Notes under the pieces: model-generated | What the model was told of the DNA's origin: nothing | What the model saw: only the letters and a program-made list of their open reading frames with translations | The model's database searches: none | In this document: positions 28,281-38,385 of the stretch, in pieces | Position numbering within the stretch: the first letter of the stretch is position 1 | How the letters are laid out: each line of letters opens with the position of its first letter | Assembly (NCBI GenBank): GCA_028696995.1 | Contig: JAQVFY010000001.1 | Span: forward strand, 18,444-82,443 | DNA length: 64,000 bases | Reading direction: 5' to 3' | Source of the DNA: Patescibacteria group bacterium | GTDB lineage: Bacteria; Patescibacteriota; Patescibacteriia; Patescibacteriales; UBA12465 | Made by a program: the position numbers and the translations under genes

Positions 28281-29441
28281 ATGATAAATTTAATCCGACA
28301 AATAATAAAACCAAAATATAAATCATTAAACTTAATTGAAATTATTAAGGATAATTTAATATATAATTTAAATTATTTATACTCTCTACAAGAGCAAGCA
28401 GAAATTTTTCCGGTTCTTAAATCCAACGCTTATGGTCATGGATTAAAAGAAGTTTGCAAAATACTGAATGAAACTCCAGTAAAAATGGTGGCCGTTGACT
28501 CTTTTCCTGAGGCCCAAATAGTTTATAGAAATTTTAAAGGGAAGGTTTTAATTATCGGAGAAATGCCTTTAAAAGCCTATAGATATTGTAAATTAAAAAG
28601 AACTGAGTTTATTGTTTATAATCAAGAAACTTTAAAATACCTCAGTCGTTATAAGAAAAAAGCTCAAATTCATCTTTTTTATAACACTGGAATGAATCGA
28701 GAGGGAATTGATGATTTAGAAAAATTTATCAATGATAATAAAAAATATCTAGATCGGGTTACTATCAGTGGTTTTTGTTCTCATTTAGCTGAAGCTGATA
28801 ATTCAGAAAGTGATTTTAATGTTAGGCAAGAAGAAAAATTTTTAAAAGGGATAGAAATACTAAATAATAATAAAATATATCCCAAATGGATACATTTAGG
28901 CAATTCTGGAGGTGTCTTTATTTTAAAAAATAAAATTTTTAATGCTTTTAGGCCTGGAATATCCTTTTATGGATACAATCCTTTTAAAGCGGAAGATAAA
29001 AATAGTTTTAAGGCCGACAATTTAAAACCAGCTTTACGACTATTTTCCACGATTACAGCCGTTCATAGAGCAAAAACAGGAGACAAAATATCATACAATA
29101 ACAGTTTAATTTTAGAAGATAATTCTAATATTGCTGTTATTCCCTTTGGTTATTTTGAGGGTTTAGATAGACGTTTTTCTAATTGTGCAAAATTTTTATA
29201 CAGTCAAGGAGAGGATGTTTTTTGGGCCAAAATAGCTGGTCAGGTTTGTATGAATTTAACATGTCTAAATTTTAAAGACAAGGGAATTAAAATAGGGGAT
29301 AGGGTCAAATTAATATCAGAAATAAATAATATGGAAAATTCAGTAGAAAAACTAAGTCAAAAAATCGGAGTTATTAATTATGAAATATTAGTAAATTTAA
29401 ATTCTAGTATCAAGAGAGTAATAATAAAAAATTTAAAATAA
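28281..29441 (+). CDS. alr: Alanine racemase
   Basis: VLKSNAYGHG, TGMNREG, SHLA, RPGI, GYFEG, GQVCMN, INYE. Confidence 0.92.
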   Translation: MINLIRQIIKPKYKSLNLIEIIKDNLIYNLNYLYSLQEQAEIFPVLKSNAYGHGLKEVCKILNETPVKMVAVDSFPEAQIVYRNFKGKVLIIGEMPLKAYRYCKLKRTEFIVYNQETLKYLSRYKKKAQIHLFYNTGMNREGIDDLEKFINDNKKYLDRVTISGFCSHLAEADNSESDFNVRQEEKFLKGIEILNNNKIYPKWIHLGNSGGVFILKNKIFNAFRPGISFYGYNPFKAEDKNSFKADNLKPALRLFSTITAVHRAKTGDKISYNNSLILEDNSNIAVIPFGYFEGLDRRFSNCAKFLYSQGEDVFWAKIAGQVCMNLTCLNFKDKGIKIGDRVKLISEINNMENSVEKLSQKIGVINYEILVNLNSSIKRVIIKNLK

Positions 29442-29452
29442 AATCAATAAAT

Positions 29453-30445
29453 ATGGATAAGAGATTGAAAACTAGACCACTTTCCAAATGTCGAAAAAAA
29501 AGCTATTCTGGTTCATTTCGAACACAAAAAAAAGAATCTAACCTAAAATTTCTTTGGTTAATCCTTGCTATACCCTTAATAGTTATAATTTTAATTATAT
29601 TTTTTTTGTTTTCTAGTTTTTTTAATTTAAAAACTACAGAAATACAAGGAGTCGATGATTATAAGAAAGAAAAAATAGAAATAATTATTAATAATCAAAT
29701 AAAATCAAAAAATTTGTTTTTTTCTCAAGAAAATTTAGTTTTTTTTAAGAAAGATAAACTTTTGAAAGATTTAGATGATTTTAATTTTTCCAATATTATA
29801 ATTAAAAAAAATATTTTTAAAAAAAGTTTAACTATAGAATTAGAGGAAAGAGAAAAAGCTATCATTTTTTATGAAGGAGATTATTATTTTTTTGCTGATA
29901 AAGATGGTAATATTATTAATAGTCAAATAGATTGTGGAAAAATAGTTTTAGAAAATGATTTAAGTTCTAATTCTAGTAATACTGAAAGCACAGAAGAAGA
30001 AAGGGGAGAGGTTTCTCTAGATGATTTTCAGAAATTAGATCAATCAAAACAGCTCGAAATCGAAGAAATTAAAAATTGCTTAGATTTTAATGAAAAATAT
30101 CGAAAAGAAAATCTTTTTCCGTTTATTGAAAATGTTGGTCGAGAAAGAGTAACGGATAATAAAAAAAATATTAAAATAGATAGTTCTTATATAGACTTTT
30201 CTCTTAAACTATATAATGATTTGAGTGAAGACAGTGAATTCGGTTTAAATAGAATAGTTTTAGATGAGGAATACAATACCATTAAGGCTCGCTTGAATAA
30301 TAATATTGATCTTTATTTTAGTTTTAAAGAAGATTATATGGAACAGGTTTCTCGTTTTTTTGCCTTAAAAAGAGAACGGGGGGCTGAATTAAAAGCTCAA
30401 AAATATATTGATCTACGTTATGGAGATAAAATATTTTATTATTAA
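29453..30445 (+). CDS. FtsQ/DivIB-like cell-division protein
   Basis: Basic N-term, one TM, POTRA-like segment ending IELEER, C-terminal YIDLRYGDKIFY. Confidence 0.6.
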   Translation: MDKRLKTRPLSKCRKKSYSGSFRTQKKESNLKFLWLILAIPLIVIILIIFFLFSSFFNLKTTEIQGVDDYKKEKIEIIINNQIKSKNLFFSQENLVFFKKDKLLKDLDDFNFSNIIIKKNIFKKSLTIELEEREKAIIFYEGDYYFFADKDGNIINSQIDCGKIVLENDLSSNSSNTESTEEERGEVSLDDFQKLDQSKQLEIEEIKNCLDFNEKYRKENLFPFIENVGRERVTDNKKNIKIDSSYIDFSLKLYNDLSEDSEFGLNRIVLDEEYNTIKARLNNNIDLYFSFKEDYMEQVSRFFALKRERGAELKAQKYIDLRYGDKIFYY

Positions 30446-30459
30446 TTAATTATAAAAAT

Positions 30460-30603
30460 ATGGGAGAAGGATTTTTTAAATTTATTTTTATTTTAGCTAT
30501 CATTATTTTTTCTTTAGTAGTTATCGGAATTTTTTTAATTATTATTAAGATACTGCTATTGTTTTCTCCGGAGATAAACATAATGGGATTAACTATCTAT
30601 TAA
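30460..30603 (+). CDS. 47-aa hydrophobic small protein (not in ORF track)
   Basis: ATG..TAA: MGEGFFKFIFILAIIIFSLVVIGIFLIIIKILLLFSPEINIMGLTIY, 14 nt after the ftsQ-like stop. Confidence 0.55.
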   Translation: MGEGFFKFIFILAIIIFSLVVIGIFLIIIKILLLFSPEINIMGLTIY

Positions 30604-30994
30604 CCATATAATTGACTTATCTATTATTATTGTTTACAATAGATATAGACTCTAAGGTTAATTAATATACATAATGAGAAGTAAGATATAATTAAATAAT
30701 AAAGCTCCTATTCATTGCCCCATACTTATTGAAGTTAATGTTATTAAAAGGCTTACCTCCCCCTCTAATTAATTATTTACGTATTAATATTAATTATCAA
30801 ACTTTTTTAAAAAATATAATTTATTGTAAGTATAAGTGTAAAATTTAAATCAATTTGGGTCTTAACACCCCAGTTAAATTATAAATTTTAAAGCCTATTT
30901 TAAGACTTTTACTTCTTCCCCATTGTTTTTATTAATATTACTAATTAAGCCTATATTTTAATACCTTGCTCTAAATTTAGCTAATTTTGATAAT

Positions 30995-31036
30995 AAATTT
31001 ATTTAATAGGATATTTTATGTCTAATTAATAAATTT
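30995..31036. other. Candidate dif-like Xer site
   Basis: Imperfect palindrome. The arm TTATGTCTAAT (31016-31026) matches the XerD arm TTATGTTAAAT at 9/11, about 60 nt upstream of xer. Confidence 0.35.
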
Positions 31037-31093
31037 AGCTCTAAAATAGCCATTTTGAGCCAAATTTAAGCCTTTTAAACATGTTTAATAACT

Positions 31094-32065
31094 ATGAATG
31101 ATAAAAATAAAGCAATTATCAAGCACTTGACTGATTTCATAAATTATTGTGAAATAGAAAAAGGTTTAGCTAATAAAACTCAGGAAAATTATGCTCGTTT
31201 TTTGGGCGATTTTTTTGCTTGGCTAAAGGAAAATAATCTTAGCGAACTTCGCCCTTCAAATTTAAATGAGGAGCATATTTGGCGTTATCGCTTATACTTA
31301 TCTAGAAATAAAAGTATTAGAACTAAAACCGAATTAAAAAAGGTTAGTCAAAATTTATATCTTATTGCTCTAAGATCTTTATTGGAATATTTTAGTGAAA
31401 AAGGTATTACTTCCCTACCCCCCAATAAAATAAAATTAGCCAAGGCTAGTGGTGATCGAGAAATAAATTTTTTAAACTTAAAACAAATAGAAAAATTATT
31501 ATTAGCTCCAGATGTTTCTACTAAAAGTGGTTTAAGAGATAGAGTTATATTAGAGGTTTTGTTTTCCACAGGATTACGTGTGGCTGAGCTTCGTTCTTTA
31601 AATCGCGATCAATTTAAAATAGATAAAAATACTGATGATCTGGAAGTTGTCATTGTTGGAAAAGGATCAAAAGTTCGGACAGTTTATTTTTCTAAAAGAG
31701 CTGTTACTTGGCTAAAAAAATATTTAGATTTGCGCACTGATATGGACGATGCTTTATTTATAAATTATTGGAAACCAGCGCAAAATGGAATAAAATCACG
31801 TCGCTTAACAGTTAAAAGTATTGATGAATTAGTTAAAAAATATGTAAAGATAGCTGGATTACCGATGATTACAACACCTCATACTTTGCGCCACTCTTTT
31901 GCTACTGACTTATTGTCACAAGGAGTTGATTTACGATTAGTTCAAGAATTTTTAGGTCATCGTAATATTGCTACGACTCAAATTTATACTCATGTAACTA
32001 AAAAACAACTTCGTGATATTCATCGAAAAATTCATTCCGATAGAGCTTTTGATAAGAAGAATTAA
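31094..32065 (+). CDS. XerC/XerD-family tyrosine recombinase
   Basis: SAM-like N-term, TGLRVAEL, GKGSKVR, HTLRHSFAT, LGH, TTQIYT. Confidence 0.92.
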   Translation: MNDKNKAIIKHLTDFINYCEIEKGLANKTQENYARFLGDFFAWLKENNLSELRPSNLNEEHIWRYRLYLSRNKSIRTKTELKKVSQNLYLIALRSLLEYFSEKGITSLPPNKIKLAKASGDREINFLNLKQIEKLLLAPDVSTKSGLRDRVILEVLFSTGLRVAELRSLNRDQFKIDKNTDDLEVVIVGKGSKVRTVYFSKRAVTWLKKYLDLRTDMDDALFINYWKPAQNGIKSRRLTVKSIDELVKKYVKIAGLPMITTPHTLRHSFATDLLSQGVDLRLVQEFLGHRNIATTQIYTHVTKKQLRDIHRKIHSDRAFDKKN

Positions 32066-32122
32066 ATTAAATTATTATTAGTCTATTAATAATAAAAGAA
32101 GCCTCGATTGAGGCTGTTTTTT

Positions 32123-32368
32123 TTAACTTAGTTCAAAGATTCTTTGATCTTCATCTATATCATTTAAAAATGAGGCTGAGGCTCCTTCAGTCTCGGGCGA
32201 CAAAGAAAGTAAAGATTTAACATCGGGCCATCTTTTCCCATAAAATTCTTGGGGATTAAATTGGGCCATTTTTCTCTCCTTGTTCTTTTTATTTACTTTC
32301 TTTAGACGTCGGCTAAACATTCCAAAGCGGAAATAAAGAAACAAGAAAAAATAACTAAAATTTTTCAT
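32123..32368 (-). CDS. Hypothetical protein
   Basis: 81-aa ORF with SD GGAGG, upstream TTGACA-N17-TAATAT, and a terminator hairpin at about 32095-32122. Confidence 0.5.
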   Translation of the reverse strand: MKNFSYFFLFLYFRFGMFSRRLKKVNKKNKERKMAQFNPQEFYGKRWPDVKSLLSLSPETEGASASFLNDIDEDQRIFELS

Positions 32369-32452
32369 AATACCCTCCCTTTTTAATTAGTATCGACTAG
32401 ATATTACTATTAAAAAATATTAGTGTCAAATTTTATAGTAATAGATTAGCTG

Positions 32453-32734
32453 TTAAAAAAGACGAGGAAATCTCGTCTTATTAAACTTCTTCTTTCTTAA
32501 TTCTTTTATTTTTTTAGCGAAATCAGAAGAGGCTTTACCCCTCATACTATAGGCATTCTCTTTTGCTGTAGTCGCCGCAAGGTTTTCATAGAAAGATATA
32601 TCGTGCACCTCTCCCCAAAAAAACTTTAAATTTCTCAGAAATCCCCAAAATCCATTAACACGGATTTTGGAAAATAGATTTTTAAAAAACAATTTTCGAT
32701 AATCAGCAGATCTTAATGTCCCCCATTTTTCCAT
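32453..32734 (-). CDS. Hypothetical protein
   Basis: 93-aa basic ORF with SD AGGAGG. Confidence 0.5.
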   Translation of the reverse strand: MEKWGTLRSADYRKLFFKNLFSKIRVNGFWGFLRNLKFFWGEVHDISFYENLAATTAKENAYSMRGKASSDFAKKIKELRKKKFNKTRFPRLF

Positions 32735-32787
32735 TATTTTTTTTCCTCCTATTTTTTTGTTCGTATTTCAAGTTTAACAAATTTAAA

Positions 32788-34032
32788 TTAAGGTAAATAA
32801 TTCAAGGGGTTAACGGGTAAACCATCTTTTCTGATTTCAAAATGAAGATGAGGACCAGTAGAAAAAGCTCCGGCTCCAGCAGTTCTAGGTGCCCCTCCAG
32901 TTCTTCCAATAATTTGCCCCTGAGTAACATATTCATCAGCTCCAACATTTACTCCTGAAACGTGACCATAAACAGTAGAAAAGCCATCAGCGTGAATTAT
33001 CATAATATAAGCGTAAGCAGTACTGCCATCAAACTTAACTCGAGCAACATAACCAGCGGCAGCAGCTTTTAAGGTACTTCCTTGAGTAGCCCGAATATCA
33101 ATTCCTGAATGCTCTCCGATAGATTTTCTAAAAGGATAACTAGGATCATGAAATGTAGCAGTAATTGTATTTTTAACAACAGGCCAAATAAAACCATTCA
33201 TAGTCTCCTCCAGTCCGCTGTTTGATTTTTGTGCTAATTTTTCTCTAACAGTTTTTTCTAGAGAAGATATTTCAGCCATAGCCTGATCATTTTCTTTTTT
33301 AGCTAATTGTAATAATTTTTTATATTCTTGTTCTGATTCTTGAGTTTCTGTTAAAATAAATTCTTTATTACCGATCTCCCCTTCTAAAATATTTTGTTTG
33401 TTTTCTAGCTCTTTTTTTAATTCATCTAACTTTTTTTCTTTTTCTTCTAATATTTTTTTCTGCTCATCCATTTCTTCTTTATTCTTTTTTAACTCGGCTA
33501 GTCCATCAGATATCTCCTTGTTAGTGTTTTCTAAATAGGTAACCTGGTTTACAAAATCGGTTAAAGAATTATTTAAAAGAATAATTTCTAAGGGGCTGGT
33601 TTGATTTTGTTTATATAACACTCTAATTAAAGCTGAAATGTTTTCCTTATTTTTTTCTATTTGAATATTTTTATTTTCAATATCAATATTTATTTTCTTT
33701 ACTTCTAAATTATTTTTACTAATTTCTAAAGAGACTTCCTCTATTTCTAATTCTGATTTTTTTAATCTATTATCTAAAATTTCTAATTGATTTTGCAAAG
33801 TATTTTTCTCTTGTTCTTTAATTTTAATTAAACGACTGTATTCTTGTTGATTTTTTTGAATATTTTCTAATTTCTTTTTCTGATTTTGAATTTGACTATT
33901 TAATAATTCTATTTCTTGATCTATTTCTGAGCCAGATTGAGAGATTACTAAGTCAGATTTTATAAAAAAAAGACCACTCATCAGTAAAATGGTTAGTAAA
34001 AAAATTTTTAAATATTTATTTTTGTTTTTCAT
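32788..34032 (-). CDS. Coiled-coil M23 peptidase (EnvC/PcsB-like)
   Basis: Signal anchor, long coiled coil, HSGID, YGH, STGPHLHFEIR. Confidence 0.9.
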   Translation of the reverse strand: MKNKNKYLKIFLLTILLMSGLFFIKSDLVISQSGSEIDQEIELLNSQIQNQKKKLENIQKNQQEYSRLIKIKEQEKNTLQNQLEILDNRLKKSELEIEEVSLEISKNNLEVKKINIDIENKNIQIEKNKENISALIRVLYKQNQTSPLEIILLNNSLTDFVNQVTYLENTNKEISDGLAELKKNKEEMDEQKKILEEKEKKLDELKKELENKQNILEGEIGNKEFILTETQESEQEYKKLLQLAKKENDQAMAEISSLEKTVREKLAQKSNSGLEETMNGFIWPVVKNTITATFHDPSYPFRKSIGEHSGIDIRATQGSTLKAAAAGYVARVKFDGSTAYAYIMIIHADGFSTVYGHVSGVNVGADEYVTQGQIIGRTGGAPRTAGAGAFSTGPHLHFEIRKDGLPVNPLNYLP

Positions 34033-34136
34033 TCTTTAATTATACTATATTTTAATAAATTTGACAAGATGACATAAATATAATAAAAAAGGACCTCCGC
34101 AAAGATCCTGTTTTTTTAGTTCTTTTTTAGTGTGAA

Positions 34137-34677
34137 TTATAATGTTCCAAACTTTTTCTTAGTGGGTGTCCAACAAAAACTACAATTTTCCCAACTCTGA
34201 ATAACTCCTGTTATTATAATTCCATTTTTCTTAGAAACGATAGGAGCTTCTCCAGGACGCCCTTTAAAGATTGAAGCTCCACAAATCAGAAATTTTCCGT
34301 TTTCCTGAATTACTCTCTCGTGAAAATTTAGTGAGAGAACTTCATCCAGGGTTAGCATCTCTCGACCTTGCTCTTGTATGATTTTTTTTTGTGAATTGCA
34401 TTGGTCGATTGGAGAAATCGTGATGATTGACGTTGTATATAAAATAAACTTCATTTTCATCAATCATCTCAATATCTCTTCCGAATTGCTTATCCGGGAA
34501 AAGAAGATTGGCCGACAAAACTGGTAAAAATGGAATATTACCATTTTCAATATTAATGGCCTGAGCCTGAGATATAACCTCGTTTTTTGATTTAAAGATT
34601 ATATCTAAAATAGCCTGAGGACAATTTTCCCTTTTTAAAGCCATATATTGCTCGTCAAAAATAGAAATTAAGTCCAT
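34137..34677 (-). pseudogene. DUF5701-like gene frameshifted at an A9 run
   Basis: Two overlapping ORFs join if the T9 at 34382-34390 is T8 (..FTKK-IIQEQGREMLTLDEVLSL..); SD AGGAGG at the start. Family assignment is from recalled motif similarity. Confidence 0.55.
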
Positions 34678-34849
34678 TTTACCTCCTTTTTTGGTTATTG
34701 ATTATTTTTATTTACTCCTTATTTTTTTAAAAAAACAATAAAACAATTTTATAATAATAATCAAAAAAAGTCAAATTTAATTATTAATACTAATAAAAAA
34801 GCCACGGTTTTTAGTCCGTGGCATCTAAGGTCAAAACCATTCTAGAGAA

Positions 34850-35671
34850 TTATTCCCCTATTATGGTTTTTATGAAGCTCAAGGTGGTTTCTTCTCCCAG
34901 GTGCTCGATGGTGTCGAGCAAGCTCTGGATAGCCAAAACTTTGGCCCGGTCAGGAAATTCGGTTTCCAGCCGTTTCTCCATCTGATTAATACCAGTTTGA
35001 AGCTCCTCGAGCTCCAGTTGGGCAAGGGCTACTTTTTCGTGCCCCCTGGAAATAGCATTCTCGATGTCGAGAATTTCCTGAGCGCGAACCCTTAAATCAG
35101 AAAGGTTTTGGGCCAGACGTTCTCTAATCTTTTCGTCCTGCCAGAGACTAATCCTGATCAAACTTTCGTCGGTCAGATATTCCAGCAAGAGATCCTGGTC
35201 AAGGTCAAAAATCCGTCCCTTCTTCCCGATTCCCTTCTCCTGAATTATCTTAAGGTGGAGAAGTTTAATCTTCAATTCTTCCCACTCCTTCTCAGGAATG
35301 TTTTTGGTAGTCAAAACCTCGGTCACTCCATCTTGAGTAAAGCGCGGACCATTGCTTTTATCTGGACACTTGGTCTTTACTTCAAGCAAAAGATCAAAGA
35401 TTTCCCTTTCCTCACGAGTGAGAACAAGGATTTTTCTCTTAGCACTTTTTAAAGTTTCGGGCTCCTCTCCCTCTAAAGATGAAGAAACAACTCGCCACTT
35501 GTTTTTCCCTACCTTTTCTACCAAGCCTTTTCCCTTGACTATGGAAATATAGGCTGAAACATAGCTTTTTCCCTTCTCTGGAAACATTTTTTTCAGTGTT
35601 TCCAATTCAAAAACGCCCTCATTATCAGCACAGGCGATAGCCGTTTGAATGAAAAAGTTTATTTTACTCAC
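34850..35671 (-). CDS. Hypothetical protein (possible winged-helix segments plus coiled coil), higher GC
   Basis: GTG start at 35671 after SD AAAGGAG; own promoter TTGACT-N17-TAATAT (35722-35750) and terminator at about 34795-34822. Confidence 0.6.
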   Translation of the reverse strand: MSKINFFIQTAIACADNEGVFELETLKKMFPEKGKSYVSAYISIVKGKGLVEKVGKNKWRVVSSSLEGEEPETLKSAKRKILVLTREEREIFDLLLEVKTKCPDKSNGPRFTQDGVTEVLTTKNIPEKEWEELKIKLLHLKIIQEKGIGKKGRIFDLDQDLLLEYLTDESLIRISLWQDEKIRERLAQNLSDLRVRAQEILDIENAISRGHEKVALAQLELEELQTGINQMEKRLETEFPDRAKVLAIQSLLDTIEHLGEETTLSFIKTIIGE

Positions 35672-35817
35672 AATTTCTCCTTTTTTTATATTTTTGTTAT
35701 TAAAGTTCAATTTATCAAGAAATATTAACACATAAGTCGATAAAAGTCAATACCATAATAATAAGCCTAATAAGCTTGTTTTATTGGGATATAAAATGAC
35801 TTATTTATATTAGATAT

Positions 35818-38295
35818 TTATATCTCCGTAACGAATTTAGGATCAATTAGACTTACTAGACGGCTCTTACTTATTGGATAATTATAATCATTAAAATTAC
35901 TACAAGACAAAAAGATCCCCTGTTTAGCTCTGGTTAGAGCCACATAAAAAAGTCTTTTCTCTTCTTCTAAATTATCAGATTTGAAAAGTGGAAAAATTCC
36001 TTCATTTAAACCTAAGAGAAAAACGTAATCAAACTCTAAACCTTTGACCTGGTGAACAGTAACTATGGGAATCTTACCTTGATCCAGTCCTAAAAAATCA
36101 ATATTTTTTACTAGACCAGCAAAATGAATTAAATTATGCAAAGAAGACCTAGCATCAAATTTTTTATTATCACGATTTTCAAAAAAAGTTTTTAAAGTTT
36201 CAAATGATTTTTGTCGTTGCTGAGCATTTTTATCTTTCTCATATAAATCCCTTAAACCAGAAACTTGCCAGATATGACTCAATAATTCCACCGGCCTTTT
36301 TTTATCTACTTCCTTTTCCCAATTATTTATATCTAAGCTAATATTTAAAAATTTAGCTTTAAATTTATTCCACAAAGCAATGCGCTCCTCGCTCTTACTT
36401 TTTAATTGCTTTATTAAATAAAACAATAATTCAATAGTTGCACCAACATCATCATCAGCACTATGAGTAGCTGTTTGAAAATTTAAATGTTTAGCAATAT
36501 TGCTAAGCTTATAAGAGGCTAAATTTAAGAACCTTCTAGACAGGTCTAAAGTATCATAATAATTATTAAAATCAATATCAATTCCCAATCTTTTAGAATT
36601 TTCTTTTATCATATTTAAATCAAACAAAACATTGTGCCCGGCCACCGCTGAGTTTCCAATAAATTTTTTTAAATCTTTCAATATTTTTTTAGGGTCCCTA
36701 CCCTTTTCTGCTAAAAATTCATCACTAATTTTATGAACAAAATAAGAAGACCCTACTGATTTTTTGTTCTTCAAATAAAAATGAAACTCCTCTCCCAATT
36801 TTCCATCAATTATTTCTCGAGCATAAATTTGAACAATCTCATCACTCGCCGGATTAATACCAGTTGTTTCGGTATCTAAAACAATAATCCGTCCAGATTT
36901 TTCATAATTAACAAGTTCACTAAAGGGTTCCGAAAAATTATAATTCTTAAAATTTAAAAAATCAGATAAATTAAGTCCACAATTTCTTCCATCTAAATAT
37001 ATTTTTTTAATAGTTTCTTTTCCAATATTTTTAGCCGATCGCTCAATAATTCTCTGAGCAGAAAAAATATCGGCTTTATTGAATAATATTTTTAAATAAG
37101 AAAAAATATCCTTAATTTCTTGACGTTTAAAAAAATCATATTGATCAACTGTTAAAAAAGAAATATTATTTTCCAAAAAAACTTTAGCGACCTTGGAAAT
37201 TAAATAATTAGCTCGATTTAAAACAACAATTTTGGCTTGAGGATTTTTTTCTTTTATTTTTTTAATATTATCAATAATCCAAGAAACTTCTTCGGAAAAA
37301 TTATAGGCTTTAAATAATTTTATACCACTACTTTCGTCATTTTCATCTTTTTCTTTTTTAACTATCACTCCGCTATTTATTTCCTTAGTCCTAGAGTCAT
37401 TCATATTCTTTAAAATTGACATAAAAGCCTCGATCAAAGTCGGATTAGAACGATAATTGATATTTAAATCAAACTCCTTAACTGGAGAAAAATGATCTTT
37501 AAATAATTTAGCAATAAAGACTGGCTGTGAATCTCTAAAACTATAGATTGTTTGATCAATATCACCTATCAAGGCAATATTTTTGTGCCTCTTGGCCAAC
37601 TCCTTAACAACCAAATATTCAGAAATATGTGTATCTTGAAATTCATCTAATTGAATAAAGCGAAAACGCTTAGACCATTTTTCGCTAATCTCTTTATTAC
37701 TCATTAAGGTTTTTAGGGTTATAAAAACCAGTTCATTAAAATCTAGTGAGTTTTGTTCACTCATTTTGTTTAAATATTCTTCGCCAAAAATTATAATTTC
37801 CGGCGATATCTGCTTTGCCTTAATTTTATGACCCATCTCTATTTGAAAAATAGAGAGACGATATTTATAAAAATTTTCTAAAATATTCAAAATTTCTCGA
37901 GGCTTATCAGGCCAACTCTGACCAGATTTTATAAAAATGTCTTTAGCAATTTCTAATTGTTCATCTTCATCTAATACTAAAAAATCGGACGATATTCCGA
38001 TATTATCGGCCTCACTTTTTATAAAATAAGCACAGAATCCATGAAAAGTAGAAATGGTCAAAGAATCAAAATCGTTTTTATCATCAATTCTCTCTTTTAT
38101 CCTATTTTTCATTTCATCGGCCGCCCGATTAGTAAAAGTCATGGCCAATACCTCATCCGGTCGAACACCTTCTTTTAGAGCGCGAATAATTCTCTCTGTC
38201 AGAACCGTAGTTTTTCCAGTCCCAACTGGAGCGCTAATTAAGTAAGCCCCCCAAATATTATTAATGATATTCTGTTGTGCTGGATTAAAATTCAT
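35818..38295 (-). CDS. UvrD/PcrA-family helicase with inserted DEDDh 3'-5' exonuclease domain
   Basis: APVGTGKT, TFTNRAA, DEFQD, GDIDQ, NYRS, VKGLEF, EEKRLFYVALTRA; internal LDTETTG, GHNVLFD, HSADDD. Confidence 0.9.
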   Translation of the reverse strand: MNFNPAQQNIINNIWGAYLISAPVGTGKTTVLTERIIRALKEGVRPDEVLAMTFTNRAADEMKNRIKERIDDKNDFDSLTISTFHGFCAYFIKSEADNIGISSDFLVLDEDEQLEIAKDIFIKSGQSWPDKPREILNILENFYKYRLSIFQIEMGHKIKAKQISPEIIIFGEEYLNKMSEQNSLDFNELVFITLKTLMSNKEISEKWSKRFRFIQLDEFQDTHISEYLVVKELAKRHKNIALIGDIDQTIYSFRDSQPVFIAKLFKDHFSPVKEFDLNINYRSNPTLIEAFMSILKNMNDSRTKEINSGVIVKKEKDENDESSGIKLFKAYNFSEEVSWIIDNIKKIKEKNPQAKIVVLNRANYLISKVAKVFLENNISFLTVDQYDFFKRQEIKDIFSYLKILFNKADIFSAQRIIERSAKNIGKETIKKIYLDGRNCGLNLSDFLNFKNYNFSEPFSELVNYEKSGRIIVLDTETTGINPASDEIVQIYAREIIDGKLGEEFHFYLKNKKSVGSSYFVHKISDEFLAEKGRDPKKILKDLKKFIGNSAVAGHNVLFDLNMIKENSKRLGIDIDFNNYYDTLDLSRRFLNLASYKLSNIAKHLNFQTATHSADDDVGATIELLFYLIKQLKSKSEERIALWNKFKAKFLNISLDINNWEKEVDKKRPVELLSHIWQVSGLRDLYEKDKNAQQRQKSFETLKTFFENRDNKKFDARSSLHNLIHFAGLVKNIDFLGLDQGKIPIVTVHQVKGLEFDYVFLLGLNEGIFPLFKSDNLEEEKRLFYVALTRAKQGIFLSCSNFNDYNYPISKSRLVSLIDPKFVTEI

Positions 38296-38385
38296 AAATA
38301 AATCTTATTATTAAATCTTTCATATAATAGCAAATTTACCTTTTGTATGCTAAAATAATAATAGGTTACTATTATAACATTTTTT

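Noticed and set aside
31094-35750. Integron or prophage integrase with cassettes
   Set aside because: The recombinase is Xer-like with no IntI-specific insertion evident; no attC-like sites or phage genes; the orphans have their own promoters.
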